Source: Squalus acanthias (lineage: Eukaryota). Taken from it: a DNA stretch of 64,000 nt. The stretch's first letter is position 1. Each line of letters begins with the position of its first letter. This document shows, in pieces, positions 23,480 through 35,847 of this stretch. The stretch spans positions 106,766,001 to 106,830,000 of the forward strand of contig CM059431.1 in assembly GCA_030390025.1 (NCBI GenBank), in the 5' to 3' direction. The notes below the pieces were generated by a model. It was not told where the DNA came from. It did not search any database and saw only the letters and a program-made list of their open reading frames with translations. The position numbers and the translations under genes were made by a program.

Positions 23480-24219
23480 TCAGTGTGCCAGTGCAGCCTT
23501 CGGTCGCCTGAGGAAGAGAGTGTTTGAAGACCAGGACCTCAAACCCGGCACCAAGCTCATGGTCTACAGAGCAGTAGTAATACCCGCCCTCCTGTATGCC
23601 TCAGAGACATGGACCATGTACAGCAGGCACCTCAAAGCACTGGCGAGGTACCACCAACGCTACCTCCGCAACATCCTGCAAATCCATTGGCAGGATAGGC
23701 GCACCAACGTCAGTGTTCTCGCTCAGGCTAACATCCCCAGCATCGAAGCTTTGACCACGCTCGATCAGCTCCGTTGGACGGGTCACATCGTCCGCATGCC
23801 CGATACGAGACTCCCAAAACAAGCGCTCTACTCGGAGCTCCGACACGGCAAGAGAGCCCCAGGTGGGCAGAGGAAACGCTTCAAGGACACCCTCAAAGCC
23901 TCCTTGGAAAAAGTGCAACATCCCCACCGACACCTGGGAATCCCTGGCGCAAGACCGTACAAAGTGGAGGAGAAGCATCCGGGAAGGCGCCGAACACCTC
24001 GAGTCTCTTCACCGGGAGCAAGCGGAAGCCAAGCGCAAACAGCGGAAGGAGCGCACGTCAACCCAAGCACCCCACCCACCCGTCCCTTCAACCACCATCT
24101 GCCCCACCTGTGACAGAGACTGTAGGTCCCGCATTGGACTCATCAGTCACCTGAGAACTCATTTTTAATGTGGAAGCAAGTCATCCTCGGTTCTGAGGGA
24201 CTGCCTAAGAAGAAGAAGC
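23480..24219 (+). mobile_element. RTE-clade LINE, 5' truncated
   Basis: Same family as 11546-12430; ends CPTCDRDCRSRIGLISHLRTHF followed by an (AAG)n tail. Confidence 0.92.
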
Positions 24220-25239
24220 TATCTTCTTTAATCTTCATAATTCTCTTGTGTATTAGCATTAAAGCTATTCTCATATCTTGCAACAGCAGGAAATAATGAG
24301 CGATTCCTTCTGACAGGTAATAACATTGCTGGCTTTGCACACTTCTTTTCAATGGGCCACCTTGTTACTGGGCAGGAGTGAGTGGAGACATTGGCTGCCT
24401 CATTATGCCCTAATTTGAACAAAACGTTGGTGCCTAATAAAGCTCTCGGACATTCTGCGCAAGAGAGGGCACAGGCAGCAGAAAGCGAGGTGAGGAATCT
24501 TCCGCGCAGTGCAAAGAGGGCAGAGGAGCTGGTAAATTTTGTCATTTTTGATTTCAGGGCCTCTGGTTGATAATTTCCTGCCAGATAAAGCACCTTCACC
24601 AGTCGGAATTTCCACCCTGCCGGTGCGATTTTCCATGTTTTTATTTTCAAGTTTAACTCTGATTAGTGGGGAGGATTATGCATCATTCAACCTCTACTAA
24701 TTTATTGCACGTAGAGTCTTTAGTGGGTCCAATCCTTATTGGGTAGATAACCGGGCTCAAGCCATGATTTCAGTCCGAGACCCCCGATCTAATCTGCTTT
24801 TCATTCATCCTGTTCCTCCTGCATCAACATTAGGCTTTAGGCCTGTCTGGCTCATTACTCACAGTCCTTAGCTGAGGTGAAGCAGTTTAATTATACTCAT
24901 TAACATAAAGACCAGAGAATTAAAAAACAAACTCTAACTAGCTATTATAAAGTGATTCATGCATCCTTAATAGCACACAGTACACAAGTCAGAATTACAG
25001 TAATTCTTGCACACAATTCTCAGAATATGGCCTTGTGTGTCAGTTTTCTTTATTCTAAGAAGCATATGTAAGCACATCTGCTATTTGATCTTGCTTACTA
25101 CAGGCTTCTTCGCTCAGGTGAAACCGATCTGTCATAGAGCAGTTTCAACCAATGGTTATTTTACTGGAAAGGCGAATGCAGAACAAATAAAATCAACAAG
25201 GCTCCTGAAGCAGGAATTGAAATTATGAGGATAAAGAAT

Positions 25240-26007
25240 GGTATGAATTTCCGATCGGAGGCCTCCGCCCGCAGGAAGATCGGAAAAAATCTACGCACTT
25301 ACCTGCTGGATCCGTAGGTCCCGAGACTTGCGATCCTGGGCCTCTCCTCTACGAAATGCGCAGAGGCCCAGGTATCCCAGGGGCGCAGGCGGTTCGCAAG
25401 CGTCCCTGGGATCACGTGGACCGTGGGGAACCAATCAAAGAAGGGAATCCCCCTTCACACTTTTGACAGGTCTCTACGCACAGATCTGTCAAAAGTATGA
25501 ATGGAGATCACTTAGAAAACACACTAAAACATTAAATAAATTTTTAAAAATCATCACATATTTAAAATTAGTTAAAATTACTTTAAATTAAATATTTTAA
25601 ACAAAAATTTAATTTTTTGAAAAAAATAATTGAAGTTTTTTTCGGGGCTAAAAATAAACTTATCTTTTTAAAAGTATTTTTAAATTATAAATGAATGACA
25701 ATGTTTTATTGTTTTATTTTTTTAAACTCTTATACTGGTAAAAGCAGACCATACACAGGCTTTTACCAGTTGTAAGATTTTTAAAGGTTTTCAGCGGGCG
25801 GAAGTTCTACAGAAAGCGGAACTCTCCCCCCCGCCCCCCCCCCCCCCCGCAGAGGCCCTTCTCCAGGGCAGGCATCCGATCTGTCAAGAGGATTCTTGAC
25901 AGAGCGGAAGTGCCGGGTTTTAGCGCATGCGCTTCGCATGCCTGAAACCGGCAATGCAAGGCCCCTATGGGTGCGTACACACCTGTGGGGGTCGCAAAAT
26001 CTGGCCC
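25240..26007. mobile_element. MITE, Harbinger-like
   Basis: Degenerate TIR GGTATGAATTTCCGATC / GGTCGCAAAATCTGGCCC; AAT on both flanks; GC-rich arms and AT-rich core. Confidence 0.65.
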
Positions 26008-26017
26008 AATATTTTTC

Positions 26018-26540
26018 ATTACAACAACAACAACTTGTATTTATATAGCACCTTTAAAACGACCCAAGGCGCTTCACAGGAGTATTTTAAGACAAGAAAT
26101 TTGACACCAAGCCACAAAAGCTTGGTCAAAGAGGTAGGTTTTAAGGAGCATCTTAAAAGAGGAAAGAGAGGTAGTGAGGCGGAGAGGTTTAGGGAGGGAA
26201 TCCCAGAGCTTAGGGCCCAGGCAACAGAAGGCACGGCCACCAATGGTTGAGCGATTATAATCAGGGATGCTCAAGAGGGCAGAATTAGAGGAGCGCAGAT
26301 ATCTTGTGGGGTTGTGGGGCTGGAGGAGATTACAGAGATAGGGAGGGGCGAGGCCATGGAGGATTTGAAAACAAGGATGATGATTTTGAAATCGAGGCAT
26401 TGCTTAAATGAGTGAACGGGACTTGGTGTGAGTTAGGACACGGGCAACCGAGTTTTGGATGACCTCAAGTTTACAAAGGGTAGAACGTGGGAGGCCAGCC
26501 AGGAGTGCGTTGGAATAGTCAAGTCTAGAGGTAACAAAGT
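26018..26540 (-). mobile_element. L2-type LINE 3' fragment
   Basis: LHGLAPPYLCNLLQP...IGGRAFCCLGPKLW peptide; (TTG)n tail. Confidence 0.88.
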
Positions 26541-28773
26541 CAGGGGCTATGTACACCAGAGTCGCAGATCCCATGCTTTTGATGCTATGTTGCTTAACCT
26601 TTATAAAAAGATGTGAACATAAAATGGCTATGAATAGAATTGAGCCTTATAAGTAGAGGTAGTGAGTATATCGATTCTGTATCTAACATGTTGGATGTTT
26701 CCTTAGCTGCTGGGTCATAGTATTGCATATGCAAGAAGGCAACAGGTGTAAAAGAGACAATTTTCCAAATGCACCCTCTTGGTGTTGAACCTTCTCTGCT
26801 GGGAGTGCACACGATAATCCCGGGTGCACAAGATTTTTCTGCACATTATTTTAATAGATGGGAAATTGTGGGGAGCACACTCAATACGCACATCCATCAG
26901 GTGAGGCCCTGCACCAGAAGCACACATTTGGAAATTCAATGCTAAGTATGTCGGCGGTGAGGTTAGGTAAGTAATTTGAGGGTGCCTTTTGAGGACAAGG
27001 AGAAATTTGCGTCAACTTTTCTCATGGAATTAAATGGATCAAGTAAAGGAAAGAAAGATCTTTCACGACCTAAGGATGTCCCAAAGTGCTTTACAGCCAA
27101 TGAAGTACGTTTTTTGAAGTGTAGTCACTGTTATGTAGTCACTGTTGTGAAGTAGTCACTGTTGTGAAGTAGAGTTTATAGATTGCATAAACTTTATGGA
27201 AGGATCAGACTTGTTGAACAAATTGGCCTTTTCTTGAATCACATTTTCTTCCATTCTGATTGGCTGTCTCAAAGCTTAATCTGTCTGAGGTTCCAGTGGG
27301 TTGGATAACTTTTGTATTTGTTTGTTGGTGCACTCTTAATGGGCTGAATTTTCATGGGGACGGCGAGTTTGGAGCGGGGGGTGGGGGAGGGAGGGGCTCT
27401 GAAGCAGCCGGGAAGCACAGGAAGGCGGGTTTCCTGCAGGCCCTGCGGACTTTAACGGCAGGGCCTGATTTGAATGGGAAGCCTCTATTTCCCACCTGTA
27501 GCCAGCCAGATTGAGAGGTCGGAAGTGATCGGGTGCCGGGACTAGCATGGGGGAGGGACGGAGTCTGAAGAAATCGTGGACTGGGGCTAGCACGGGGGTC
27601 TGAAAAGATCGGAGGCTGGGACTTGCGGGGGTGGGGGAGAGTTCGGAAAAGATCAGGGGCCGGGAGGAGCACGGTGGGGGGGAACGTCAGGGGGGTCTGA
27701 AATGATTGGGGGCTGGGAGGAGCTCGGGAAGGGGTGGAGTAGCAGAGGTGGGGTGGGGGGGTGATGGTGTCAGCAAAGATCGGCGACCGGAGGAGCGGGG
27801 GAGGGAAGGAGGAGCAGGGGTGGGGGGGCGGGGGGTGGCTGGCAGATGACATCGGAGGGCCGGAGGAGTATGGGAGGGGGGATGCCTCATAGTGGGGATC
27901 GGAGGCCTGGGGGGAGAGATCGGAGGCCTAATGGGGGAATTAGAGGCCTTGTTGGGGGGTCTCCAATCGTGGGGGGTAGGTTAGGCAGGGACCTTGGATC
28001 TAGGAGTTACGTGTAAAGGCACTTACCTCCTGGATGCAGCAGTCCTCACCTTGCATTAGGTAATGGGTTTCACAAGGCCTGCTGAACCTGACCAGCTAAA
28101 GTTAAATTCAAAATGGAGGTTAAAGCAGAGGCTTCCAGCCTCATTATAATATTTAAATAGACGACCCACCTCCTGGGAGCAGGTTGGCTGCCTGCCCACA
28201 TCCCGCCTCCATTAAAACCGGAAGTGAACGGGTTGGACCCAGGTTCAGGCCGAGCATCAGATTTTTAAACTTTCTGGGCTGGAAATACATGTGGTTTGGG
28301 CCACGAGTTAACAATGGGGCTAAAATGCCGTTGACAGCTGTAATGACAGCTGATGCCGGGTCCAGCCCCTCGCGCCATACTGGTGGTGCCGGTAGTGCTG
28401 CCAGTAACCTTGATCGCCAGGGAGCTCGCCATGATGGAGATCGTGACATCAGTGAGTGTGCAACGCTCACTGTACACCCAATCTCCCAACTTCGTTTTAG
28501 CCAAGGTACTTACCGGCTGGAGAAAGCAACGACAGGTTGAAGTGGCGAGCAGCAGCAGGAAGCTGGCTCCAGTGACGATATTTAAAGGGATCCTCACCAA
28601 TCACTCGCACCTGTCAGGGTTTTGCAGTTTGAGTGGCTGTGCTACTTCTTGCTACTGCAAGAGTTTTCCTTAGTCAGTTCAAGGTTCTTTGGTATGAGGG
28701 AATGTTCTGGCAACTACAAAAATCCCTCATTATTTTTGAAAGGTTTCAAAGTACAACACTTGGTAAAATCATT

Positions 28774-29369
28774 CACTCACTTAATGTGCAGTTGCTGTGT
28801 GGCCACGGACAGCGAATTCTCATTGTCAATGCCCTCTATCCTGGCAGCAGCCACAATGTCTTCATCCTGCACCAGACCGGTGTGCCAGCACTCTTCCAGC
28901 CACCACCTCAAGCTCGAGGGTGGCTGCTCAGAGATGAGGGCTATCCGTTTTCCACCTGGCTCATGACTCCCCTCCGCAACCCCAACACTCATGCCCAGCA
29001 CTCATATAATGAGAGCCATGCTTTCACCAGGAACATCATCAAGCAGACCATTGGCCTGCTGAAGCAACGGTTCCACTGCCTTGACCACTTGAGAGGAGCC
29101 CTCCAGTACTCGCCAGAGCGGGTGTCCATTTTGTGATGGTCTGCTGCATGCTCCACAACTTGGCCATCATGAGACCGCAGCCCTTGCCACCAGGGATTGG
29201 GGGACCACCTCAGGAGAAGGTTAAGGCAGAGGAGGATGAGGAGGAGGAGGAGGACGAGGAGGAAGAGGACGAAGAGGAGGAGGAACAGGAGGGAGATAGG
29301 AGGCAGCCACTCAATCAGGCTTCCGGATGGGCGGTCCGTGACCGGCTCATCAGACTGCGATTTGAATGA
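28774..29369 (+). pseudogene. Harbinger DDE transposase (HARBI1-like), C-terminal half, frameshifted
   Basis: HSLNVQ...YPGSSHN...GWLLRDEGYP...LMTP...YNESH..TR.IIKQTIG.LKQRF.CLD; frameshift near 29133 into CCMLHNLA and an acidic tail; AATAAA right after the stop; conserved acidic residues altered (HD>HN, IE>IK). Confidence 0.88.
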
Positions 29370-29729
29370 ATAAAACCCCAAATCCCCATTGCTCACCACA
29401 TCCCTGTCATACCATCCCTGTCTCACACCATATCACAGTGTCCTCCAGGGTGCAAACGTGAAATGAGAGAGACCACAAAATATTCCAAACACCATTAATA
29501 AATGTATCTATAAACATATCACACATATCACATGAATTCTAATAACTAATGACCCTTGTGCCTGCCATAGTTGAATAGCTGTCATTGTGTGCAAGTTGTG
29601 AGACGTGTGTGTGGTGTTGCTAGGTAGAGATTGTTGCTGGGTGAGTGCTGGGGGTGTGGTGCATTGAGCAGTGTGTGAAGCTTGTGGTACAGATGGTGGT
29701 ATGTAACATTTGTTGAAGCCTTCACTCAC

Positions 29730-29972
29730 CCTGACCACCCGTGTGAGCTTGTTAAACTTCCTCCTGCACTGTGTGTGGGTCCTGGGGAGCACAGTGCTGC
29801 CCATGACGTGGTGTGCCACCTCCCTCCACATAGTCCGGCAGACTTCTGACGAGGGCCTCCTGCCAGTTGGTGCATACAGGACCGCCCGCCTTCTCTCCAC
29901 CGCTAAAACCAATGCCTCCAAAGCTTCTGCGGAAAACCCCCAGGCTCTCTCCCTGGGGCAGCGATCTGCCAT
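29730..29972 (-). pseudogene. Harbinger Myb/SANT-like DNA-binding protein, first coding exon
   Basis: MADRCPRERAWGFSAEALEALV..VERRRAVLY...MWREVA...RTHTQCRRKFNKL, followed by a GTGAGT splice donor; no downstream exons recognised. Confidence 0.82.
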
Positions 29973-30999
29973 CAGGATTTGTAAATAAGTGCTCCTTCTC
30001 CTTGTCCTTCTTCTTATGGTTGTTGAGGCAGCTGCACATCCAAAAATGCTGAGAATGAGGTGCTGCAGCATCTTTGAACCTTCCTTTTAAACAATGAAAA
30101 AAGCCAGTGGCAATCATTACTTGGGTTTAGACTACACCCGATATTGGTCCATCTTTTCAGTGTAACGCCAATGAGCTTGGGTTTTTAGACTAGAATCATG
30201 ACTGCAATCATTTTAATGAGGAGGGATGATGAATTTTGCGTACAGCCTAGACGATTTTCAACTGGCGCTACTTAACCATTTTTAGTCTAAACACCGCCCA
30301 TTCCTTGGCTACAACGAATTTCTAGCCCAAATTTAACTTTCCACACGCCCCCAACACACCCGTTTTTTTTAGGTTAAAATTCCCCCCATAATGAAGGGCT
30401 TAGATTTGACGGTTGCAAACTTTCATGCTTATCAATTTAAATACAAGGCTCAAATACTAATCTAAACTGATGGGATGCTACGTAACGCAAAAGAACAGGT
30501 GCCTGTGGTATGAAACAGTGCTCCATTGACGGGACAAAGGCATTAATGTGCTTGCTGACGTGAAACGCTACTGTATGATGAAGGGATGGCTAAGACAGCT
30601 GGCTGATGAGAAAAAGATGCAACATGATTGATGGGATGGGACACCTGATGAGAATCTACTTCAGTGAAACTAATGGAAGGGGATCGAGATAAATTAAAGT
30701 AAATGGACTTTAACCTTTAATCTCCCAGTGGGTCCGGGAAATTTTATTTCCCTGGACCTTCCAGTCTTGTTTTTTTCCCCAGCCCATCCAGTACTATGCT
30801 GAAAAAAAACCATTAATATTACAGTAATCAAGCTACTCAAGCATCAGAAATAATATTATTATAAAATAAAACATGAGTGACAAAATTAAGTATCTAAAAC
30901 ACAACTTTACATCAATTATTTAGAAAAAGTTACTGCTCGTGCCTTATCCTTTTTTCCCTCGTATTTTCTATTTCCTCTGTGCTAATTTTGTTTTTAACT

Positions 31000-31260
31000 T
31001 TACCATTGGCGGCCGCGCCTTCAGCTGCCTGGGCCCTAAGCTCTGGCATTCCCTCCCTAAACCGCTCCATCTCTCTGCTTCTCTCTCCTCCTTTATGACG
31101 CTCCTTAAAACCTGCCTCTTTGACCAAGCTTTTGGCCATCTGTCCTGATATCTCCTTCTGTAGTTTGGTGTCAAAAAATGTTTCCGATTGATATCATTCT
31201 TGTTAAGCGCCTTGGGATGTTTTGCTACTTTAAATGTGCTATATAAATGTAAGGTGCTGT
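31000..31260 (+). mobile_element. L2-type LINE 3' fragment
   Basis: TIGGRAFSCLGPKLWHSLP peptide and tail. Confidence 0.85.
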
Positions 31261-31446
31261 TTTTGTTTCTTCTGTTGTCTACCAATGTGCTCCAATCCAC
31301 TTATTCTGATCATTTTCCTGTGAATTTTGCCTCCCTACTTCCACAGTTCATTTTGAAGGTAGGAGCAAATTTGTCTTTTGATTGGCTGACAACAAGAGGA
31401 AGCGAGATAAGCACATGAGGGGGAAAGGAATAGAAGGGCATTCTGA

Positions 31447-34400
31447 TACTGTACCCCATCCAACTCCCCGCGCTTTCACACACACACTGTACCCCATCCA
31501 ACTCCCCACCCTTTCACACACACTCTGTACCCCATCCAACTCCCCGCCCTTTCACACACACTCTGTACCCCATCCAACTCCCCACCCTTTCACACTCTGT
31601 ACCCCATCCAACTCCCCGCGCTTTCACACACACACTGTACCCCATCCAACTCCCCACCCCTTTCACACACACACTGTACCCCATCCAACTCCCCACCCTC
31701 ACACACTCTGTACCCCATCCAACTCCCCGCCCTTTCACACACACACTGTACCCCATCCAACTCCCCGCGCTTTCACACACACACTGTACCCCATCCAACT
31801 CCCCGCCCTTTCACACACACACTGTACCCCATCAAACTCCCCGCCCTTTCACACACACACTGTACCCCATCCAACTCCCCGCACATTCACACACACTCTG
31901 TACCCCATCCAACTCCCCACCCTCACACACACTGTACCCCATCCAACTCCCCGCGCTTTCACACACACACTGTACCCCATCAAACTCCCCGCCCTTTCAC
32001 ACACAAACTGTACCCCATCCAACTCCCCGCCCTTTCACACACACACTGTACCCCATCCAACTCCCCGCCCTTTCACACACACACTGTACCCCATCCAACT
32101 CCCCACCCTCACACACACACTGTACCCCATCCAACTCCCCGCGCTTTCACACACACACTGTACCCCATCCAACTCCCCGCACATTCACACACACACTGTA
32201 CCCCATCAAACTCCCCGCCCTTTCACACACACACTGTACCCCATCAAACTCCCCCCCCTTTCACACACACTCTGTACCCCATCCAACTCCCCACCCTCAC
32301 ACACACACTGTACCCCATCCAACTCCCCGCACATTCACACACACACTGTACCCCATCCAACTCCCCGCGCTTTCACACACACACTGTACCCCATCAAACT
32401 CCCCGCCATTTCACACACACACTGTACCCCATCCAACTCCCCGCACATTCACACACACACTGTACCCCATCCAACTCCCCGCCCTTTCACACACACTGTA
32501 CCCCATCCAACTCCCCGCCCTTTCACACACACACTGTACACCATCCAACTCCCCACCCTTTCACACACACTCTGTACCCCATCCAACTCCCCGCGCTTTC
32601 ACACACACACTGTACCCCATCAAACTCCCCGCGCTTTCACACACACTCTGTACCCCATCCAACTCCCCGCGCTTTCACACACACACTGTACCCCATCCAA
32701 CTCCCCACCCTTTCACACACACTCTGTACCCCATCCAACTCCCCGCCCTTTCACACACACACTGTACCCCATCCAACTCCCCACCCTTTCACACACACTG
32801 TACCCCATCCAACTCCCCACCCTCACACACACTCTGTACCCCATCCAACTCCCCACCCTCACACACACTCTGTACCCCATCCAACTCCCCACCCTCACAC
32901 ACACACTGTACCCCATCCAACTCCCCGCACATTCACACACACACTGTACCCCATCCAACTCCCCGCACATTCACACACACTCTGTATCCCATCCAACTCC
33001 CCACCCTTTCACACACACTCTGTATCGCATCCAACTCCCCGCCGTTTCACACACACTGTACCCCATCCAACTCCCCGCACATTCACACACACACTGTATC
33101 CCATCCAACTCCCCGCACATTCACACACACTGTACCCCATCCAACTCCCCACACATTCACACACACACTGTATCCCATCCAACTCCCCGCACATTCACAC
33201 ACACGCTGTATTCCATCCAACTCCCCACCCTCACACACACTGTACCCCATCCAACTCCCCGCACATTCACACACACTGCACCCCATCCAACTCACCGCAC
33301 ATTCACACACACTCTGTACCCCATCCAACTCCCCGCCCTTTCACACACACACTGTACCCCATCCAACTCCCCGCCCTTTCACACACACACTGTACCCCAT
33401 CCAACTCCCCACCTTCACACACACTGTACCCCATCCAACTCCCCGCACATTCACACACACTGCACCCCATCCAACTCACCGCACATTCACACACACTCTG
33501 TACCCCATCCAACTCCCCGCCCTTTCACACACACACTGTACCCCATCCAACTCCCCGCCCTTTCACACACACAGTGTACCCCATCCAACTCCCCACCTTC
33601 ACACACACTGCACCCCATCCAACTCCCCGCCCTTTCACACACACACTGTATCCCATCCAACTCCCCACCCTCACACACACTGTACCCCATCCAACTCCCC
33701 GCCCTTTCACACACACTCTGTACCCCATCCAACTCCCCGCACATTCACACACACACTGTACCCCATCCAACTCCCCGCACATTCACAAACACACTGTACC
33801 CCATCCAACTCCCCACCCTTTCACACACACTCTGTACCCCATCCAACTCCCCACCCTTTCACACACACACTGTACCCCATCCAACTCCCCGCACATTCAC
33901 AAACACACTGTACCCCATCCAACTCCCCACCCTTTCACACACACACTGTACCCCATCCAACTCCCCGCCCTTTCACACACACACTGCACCCCATCCAACT
34001 CCCCGCCCTTTCACACACACACTGCACCCCATCCAACTCCCCACCCTTTCACACACACACTGCACCCCATCCAACTCCCCAACCTTTCACACATACACTG
34101 CACCCCAACTAACTCCCCAACCTTTCACACACACGCTGTACCCTATCCAACTCCCCAACCTTTCACACACACACTGCACCCCATCCAACTCCCCACCCTT
34201 TCACACACACACTGTACCCCATTCAACTCCCTAACCTTTCACACACACACTGCACCCCATCCAACTCCCCAACCTTTCACACATACACTGCACCCCAACT
34301 AACTCCCCAACCTTTCACACACACACTGCACCCCATCCAACTCCCCAACCTTTCACACATACACTGCACCCCATCCAACTCCCCAACCTTTCACACACAC

Positions 34401-34595
34401 ACTGCAACCTAACTAACTCCCCAACCTTTCACACACACGCTTTACCCCATCCAACTCCCCAACCTTTCACACACACACTGTACCCCATCCAACTCCCCAC
34501 CCTTTCACAAAGACACTGCAACCTAACTAACTCCCCACCCTTTCACACACACACTGCACCCCATCCAACTCCCCACCCTTTCACAAAGACACTGA
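31447..34595. repeat. ~3.1-kb minisatellite, ~36-41 bp unit CTGTACCCCATCCAACTCCCCGCCCTTTCACACACACA
   Basis: About 80 tandem units with a variable (CA)n tract, read directly. Confidence 0.97.
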
Positions 34596-35569
34596 CATGG
34601 ATTTCTCTCTGAATTACTGTCCATTTTGGGGCAGACTCGGGGGTGGGAGGTCTAGATCGGGGAGGTGTTGTCTTGATCCAGTTGGGGGTGATCTCGATTG
34701 GGGTGGGGGGAGGTCACTATTGGGGTTTGAGGGGGTACTCGATCGGGGGTGGGGGGAGCAGGCGGTCTCAATCCTTCAGAGGAGGCCGCCACCAAAAAAG
34801 GGGAGGTTAAAAGAAATACATACTAGACCGTGGAACCAGGCGCAGCAAGGGTCATCCACCCATCGCCACATCAAATCTGCGGACTGCTCTTGGGCACCGC
34901 TTTCCCCTGTCCCGAATGCCACCCTCTCCCCCACTCCCACGGACTCACCATTGTTTCTTGGCCAGTGTGCCAGTGGGCTGATTGGGCTATTTTCCCTCCC
35001 CGACCAAACCAACCCTCCCTTCCGCAACCGACATGCTGCCTCTGGGGCTGCAACGAAAACCCGCAGCTGTCCGGTGCTATACGGGAAATCTGAAATACAA
35101 GCACCAAAACGCTAGCCTCATGATTAAAAAGACACCAGGGTACATTTTTTCGAGAGTCTAGCATGGACGTTTGGTTGATGAGTGAGCAAATTGGAGAATT
35201 GGGCACCTGATTCTCCAAACCGCACTGCCATCAAGTGCGGCTTCAAGTTGGGAGCAGAATCCTGCAAAATGTACCGCACCATCTTGAGCAAATCCAACGT
35301 TTACCATCTGGTAGAGTTATTTCCATTTGACACTTATATAAGGGCATGTTAGGGTTCTCAAGGGAGAAATATCCAGCTCAGCTCTTTAAAAAAATACATA
35401 TGTCTTTGTATAAAATCAGATAGTTTTGTATAATTTTTATATAATGTATTTTCTTGCTTGTATTCCAGAATGTATTGTAAAGGTTTATTATTGACTTCCC
35501 CTAAGGCTCCGCAAAGTTACTCAGTGACTGGCTGAGTGATACAGGCTCGGAAGTTTCAGGTTCAATCAA

Positions 35570-35773
35570 GTGCCACGTGCTAGTAAGAGTACAGAGAACA
35601 GGATAGTTAGGCTAAATACGTGGCTTGAGCAGTGGTGTAAATTTTTGAGGCATTGGAACCAGTTTTGTGGTAGGTGTGACCTATACAAAAGGGACGGTCT
35701 ACACCTGTGCAAAGATGGAACTGATGTTCTCGGGGTAATTTTTGATAAAGCAGTTCGGGAGCATTTAAACTAG
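35570..35773 (+). pseudogene. CR1 ORF1 C-terminal fragment (SGNH esterase-like domain)
   Basis: VPRA...LNTWLEQWC...FLRHW...DLYKRDGLHL...LN-stop; the DGLHL motif is typical of CR1 ORF1 esterases. Confidence 0.85.
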
Positions 35774-35847
35774 TATGGCAGGGGGCTAGAAACCTATGTA
35801 GTGAAATAGAGGAAAGTGAAAGGCAGACAGAAATAAATGGTAAAAGG

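Larger units (their letters stand above)
28276..30328. mobile_element. PIF/Harbinger DNA transposon, internally deleted
   Basis: TIR GGGCTGGAAAT / ATTTCTAGCCC; convergent transposase and Myb/SANT genes. Confidence 0.85.
27341..30387. mobile_element. MITE hosting a nested Harbinger element
   Basis: Ends GGGCTGAATTTT / AAAATTCCCCCC; G-rich GATCGG-repeat interior like other MITEs in the window. Confidence 0.55.

Noticed and set aside
28633..29369. Host HARBI1 gene
   Set aside because: N-terminal half missing, frameshifted, acidic residues mutated, and inside TIRs next to a Myb/SANT partner
31382..34234. 950-aa His/Thr/Pro-rich ORF
   Set aside because: Translation of a minisatellite; non-ATG start, and the same three peptide phases cycle as the (CA)n length varies
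31447..34595. CRISPR-like array of ~38-bp repeats
   Set aside because: No unique spacers, no cas genes, eukaryotic context
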